64,000 nucleotides of DNA from Penicillus capitatus (lineage: Eukaryota > Plantae > Chlorophyta): contig OZ287696.1 of NCBI GenBank assembly GCA_965649825.1, positions 353,101-417,100 on the forward strand, given 5' to 3'. The notes beneath the pieces are model-generated. The model saw only the letters and a program-made list of their open reading frames with translations, searched no databases and was not told the DNA's origin. Positions 61,414 through 64,000 of the stretch are shown piece after piece; within the stretch, counting starts at the first letter, position 1, and every line of letters starts with the position of its first letter. Made by a program: the position numbers and the translations under genes.

Positions 61414-64000
61414 ATGACACGCCAGAGCAGAAAAGAAGGACGCAGTTGTCGGCATCGCCGACAACGCGAAGAAGTACATTCCATTTTCCGCAGACAGCAA
61501 CAGCTGTGCGATGCTTGTAGACCCCTACCGAATGTTCTGTGGCCATCGCATCGGAGACGGGTAAGGACACACGTGCTCTCAGTAAGACGTCCGAGAAGAC
61601 GGCTGCGGGCGAAGCAGTGCCGTTAAGACACCGTGCACGAGATAAGGCTTTCCGCCGGGGCCTTGACGTTCCTCGCAGTCACCGTCGAAAGAGACAGACA
61701 GCCACACCGAGAACAAGGATGTGTTGGAGAGAAAAGGAGGACCGTCGCGGAAGGGTTTCGTCACTACCAGATAACAACGCCCCTGTCTTCGACGACATTT
61801 CACATGAGCAGTCGTCTTCGAGTGCGGTGATCATTGGGGATGGACGCAGAGATACGGCCGCCTCTTCTTCGGAAGCATCCACCTTTTTCGAAGGCAATGA
61901 ATGTCCAACGGTGCACCCCGAGGATCTCGATGGCGTCGACTGACACGTGTCTGTTCAGAACAAGCACCATTCGATCCCCGATGGGAGAAGTGACGACCAC
62001 GACAATGAAGCGACGTCCGTGTGTCCAGTTGAAGATGACCGCGACGGCGCTATTGATCTGAAGGTAACGTGCAGCAAAGTGATGCATCAAAGAATCCTGT
62101 GCAAGCATCGACGGACTGTCAGGATGGATCTGAAGTGGAGACAGCGATCGACAATGGAGATATCGATGCGTTGCTATGGCATTTGAAACAAGGGACGTTT
62201 TCCATTTCGAATGTATGTGGCAAAAGAGCGCTTCAACTGGCCTGCCGTTGTGGATCAACAGAATCCATTCAGCTGCTATTTGAACAGGGACTCTCTTTCG
62301 ATGAACCGGACAAAACGCAGTGTCTCGAAACTGCCGTCAGTTTGAATGACCCAGAACTCATTCTGGAATTGAGTGCACATGAAATCTGCATGAATGCGGA
62401 GACGGCAGGAGGGAACAGTGTCATCCATCTTGCCGTTCAACATAATCATCACGAGGCTGCACGCGCGCTCCTTAGGTGTGGTGCAGATCCCAACAAAGTT
62501 GATAGAGTGAGAGAGATACACCACGATGTTCTTGTGCACATACATCACGCCTGCAGGATCGCTATACCCCGTTGCATTACGCTGTATGGTTTGCGGATAT
62601 TGAGATGACGATGCTCTTGCTTGAGAACGGTGCTCTGGCATGTGGTACCAGTGACCGAGTGCCGAAGCCGTTGGATTGTGTGGCTTACGCTGCGCTGGAC
62701 CGCTTCACCGAAGTGGACGTGCGTCACGCCGAGTTACTCCTTTCTTATGGAGCTTCTTTCGAACGCAAGTCCAAGAGCGATCTGATCCGTCTGTCCGCCA
62801 AAGCCATCCGCAAGAGCAGTGATGATCTGCTGAGGCTTCTTTTGGAAAATGGCTGCAGTAGCAGCGACTCCATCGAGGTAACGCGCCCTCACAAAAGCAA
62901 TGAGATCTCACACATAACTTACCGAGAACCTGCAGGGTCTTTCACTGTTGGAACTCGCCGCTCAGACCGGGAATGTCGAAATCGGAAAAGTCATTCTGCG
63001 TTACGAAGTGGATGCAGAGCTCTTCTGCGCTGCATTGATACAAGCCGTCAAGCATCAATGCTGTTTGTTTGCAGAACTGATGCTTCAGATGGAGATGAGT
63101 GCCTGCGTCGGGCCCTTTGTCCGTTACCGATGTCTAAAGATTGCAACCGCCACAGATTCGAACACAGAAGAGCCATGCGCCGAAATGCTGAACATTCTCG
63201 ATCAGAACGGCATACCTGTGACGCTGCAAGACAATGAAGGCATGACTGTATTGCACTGGGCAGCCTGGATGGGAATTGCTGAGTCGGTGGATGCTTTACT
63301 CGACTTGGAGGCAGACGTGGAAGCACGAGCAGACAAAGGAATTACTCCATTGCACTGTGCCTGCATGATGGGGCATGGCAACATCGCTCAGAAGCTTATC
63401 GAAGTGGGCGGTTGCAATCTTAATCGCTGGATGGACAATGGCTACAGCCCGCTTCACATTGCTGTGCTCAAGAAGCAACAGGAACTGGTGACATACTTAC
63501 TAGACACGGGAGCTTATATCGATATTCCTACAGATGATGGATGGACACCCATTATGAGTGCTGTTGCCGCAGAAGACATAGACTTCGTCAAGTTGCTGCT
63601 CGATGCCGGGGCAGAAGTGGTGAACGTCAACCGAAATGGCGAAAGCAGTCTCTGGATTGCCCTGCGTCGATGGAATGTAGACATGTTGGCACTTTTGCTC
63701 AATTCCGGAGCATACGTTGACGAAACAGACGCATTCGGCAGAACACCTTTGCTCTTTGCATGTCAGAACGATCAGAAAACAGTCGTCCGTCTACTGCTCG
63801 AGCACGATGCATACGTCGGCGGAGATGCCGAGGAGAACGAGACAGCCTTGACAGCTGCCATTCGTCTGGGAGACAAAGAACTCGTGGATATGTTGCTGCC
63901 TCATTGCGCAGACGTGAATTACACTGTTGTTGTCGACGAAGCACGTTCGTCGCCATTACACTTGGCCACAAGCCATGATCTGCATGATATTGTCAAGAGC
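61414..64000 (+). CDS. Ankyrin-repeat protein, tandem paralog of 57595-60693, truncated by the window end (start could be 60974)
   Basis: Repeat-by-repeat similarity to the upstream gene (for example DIPTDDGWTPIMSAV vs DIPTERGWTPIMSAI; GESSLWIALRRWNV vs GESSLWMALRLWNV) and a shared intron after LLENGCS..E. The frame is open from about 62936 to the window end. Confidence 0.85.

Overview
This is a very compact eukaryotic nuclear window, most likely from a green alga (Chlorophyta). That assignment is inferred from plastid-type PPOX, DiT1 and beta-amylase, a DUF266 glycosyltransferase and plant-like ends of several proteins; the species cannot be determined. About 27 protein-coding genes can be reconstructed by hand, most broken by GT-AG introns of about 40-70 nt, so the six-frame track fragments them. 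In order: NUP214-like (5' partial), PPOX, NDUFAF6, beta-amylase, DiT1, PIG-T, CNOT10, WASHC4, a DHHC acyltransferase, DHX16/PRP2, a WD40 protein, FANCM, two ML-domain paralogs, a GT14/DUF266 protein, TOR, a tyrosine phosphatase, a CHY-RING protein, SERF, PGP synthase, beta-carbonic anhydrase, ERGIC3, a two-RRM protein, UVRAG/VPS38, NOP16-like and two tandem ankyrin-repeat paralogs (the complete one ends in a U-box; the second runs off the window). No rRNA, tRNA, CRISPR array or mobile element could be supported. The most striking structure is architectural. Five head-to-head pairs have only about 49-85 nt between start codons (three at 52 nt), and two of these spacers share a 15/18-identical motif. 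One convergent pair overlaps at its stop codons, and several same-strand genes are only 65-103 nt apart (candidate polycistrons). Notable protein findings are a C-terminal PHD finger on FANCM, an ankyrin/U-box tandem pair and a roughly 165-aa insertion in the beta-amylase barrel. All exon boundaries were inferred by eye without RNA data or database searches.
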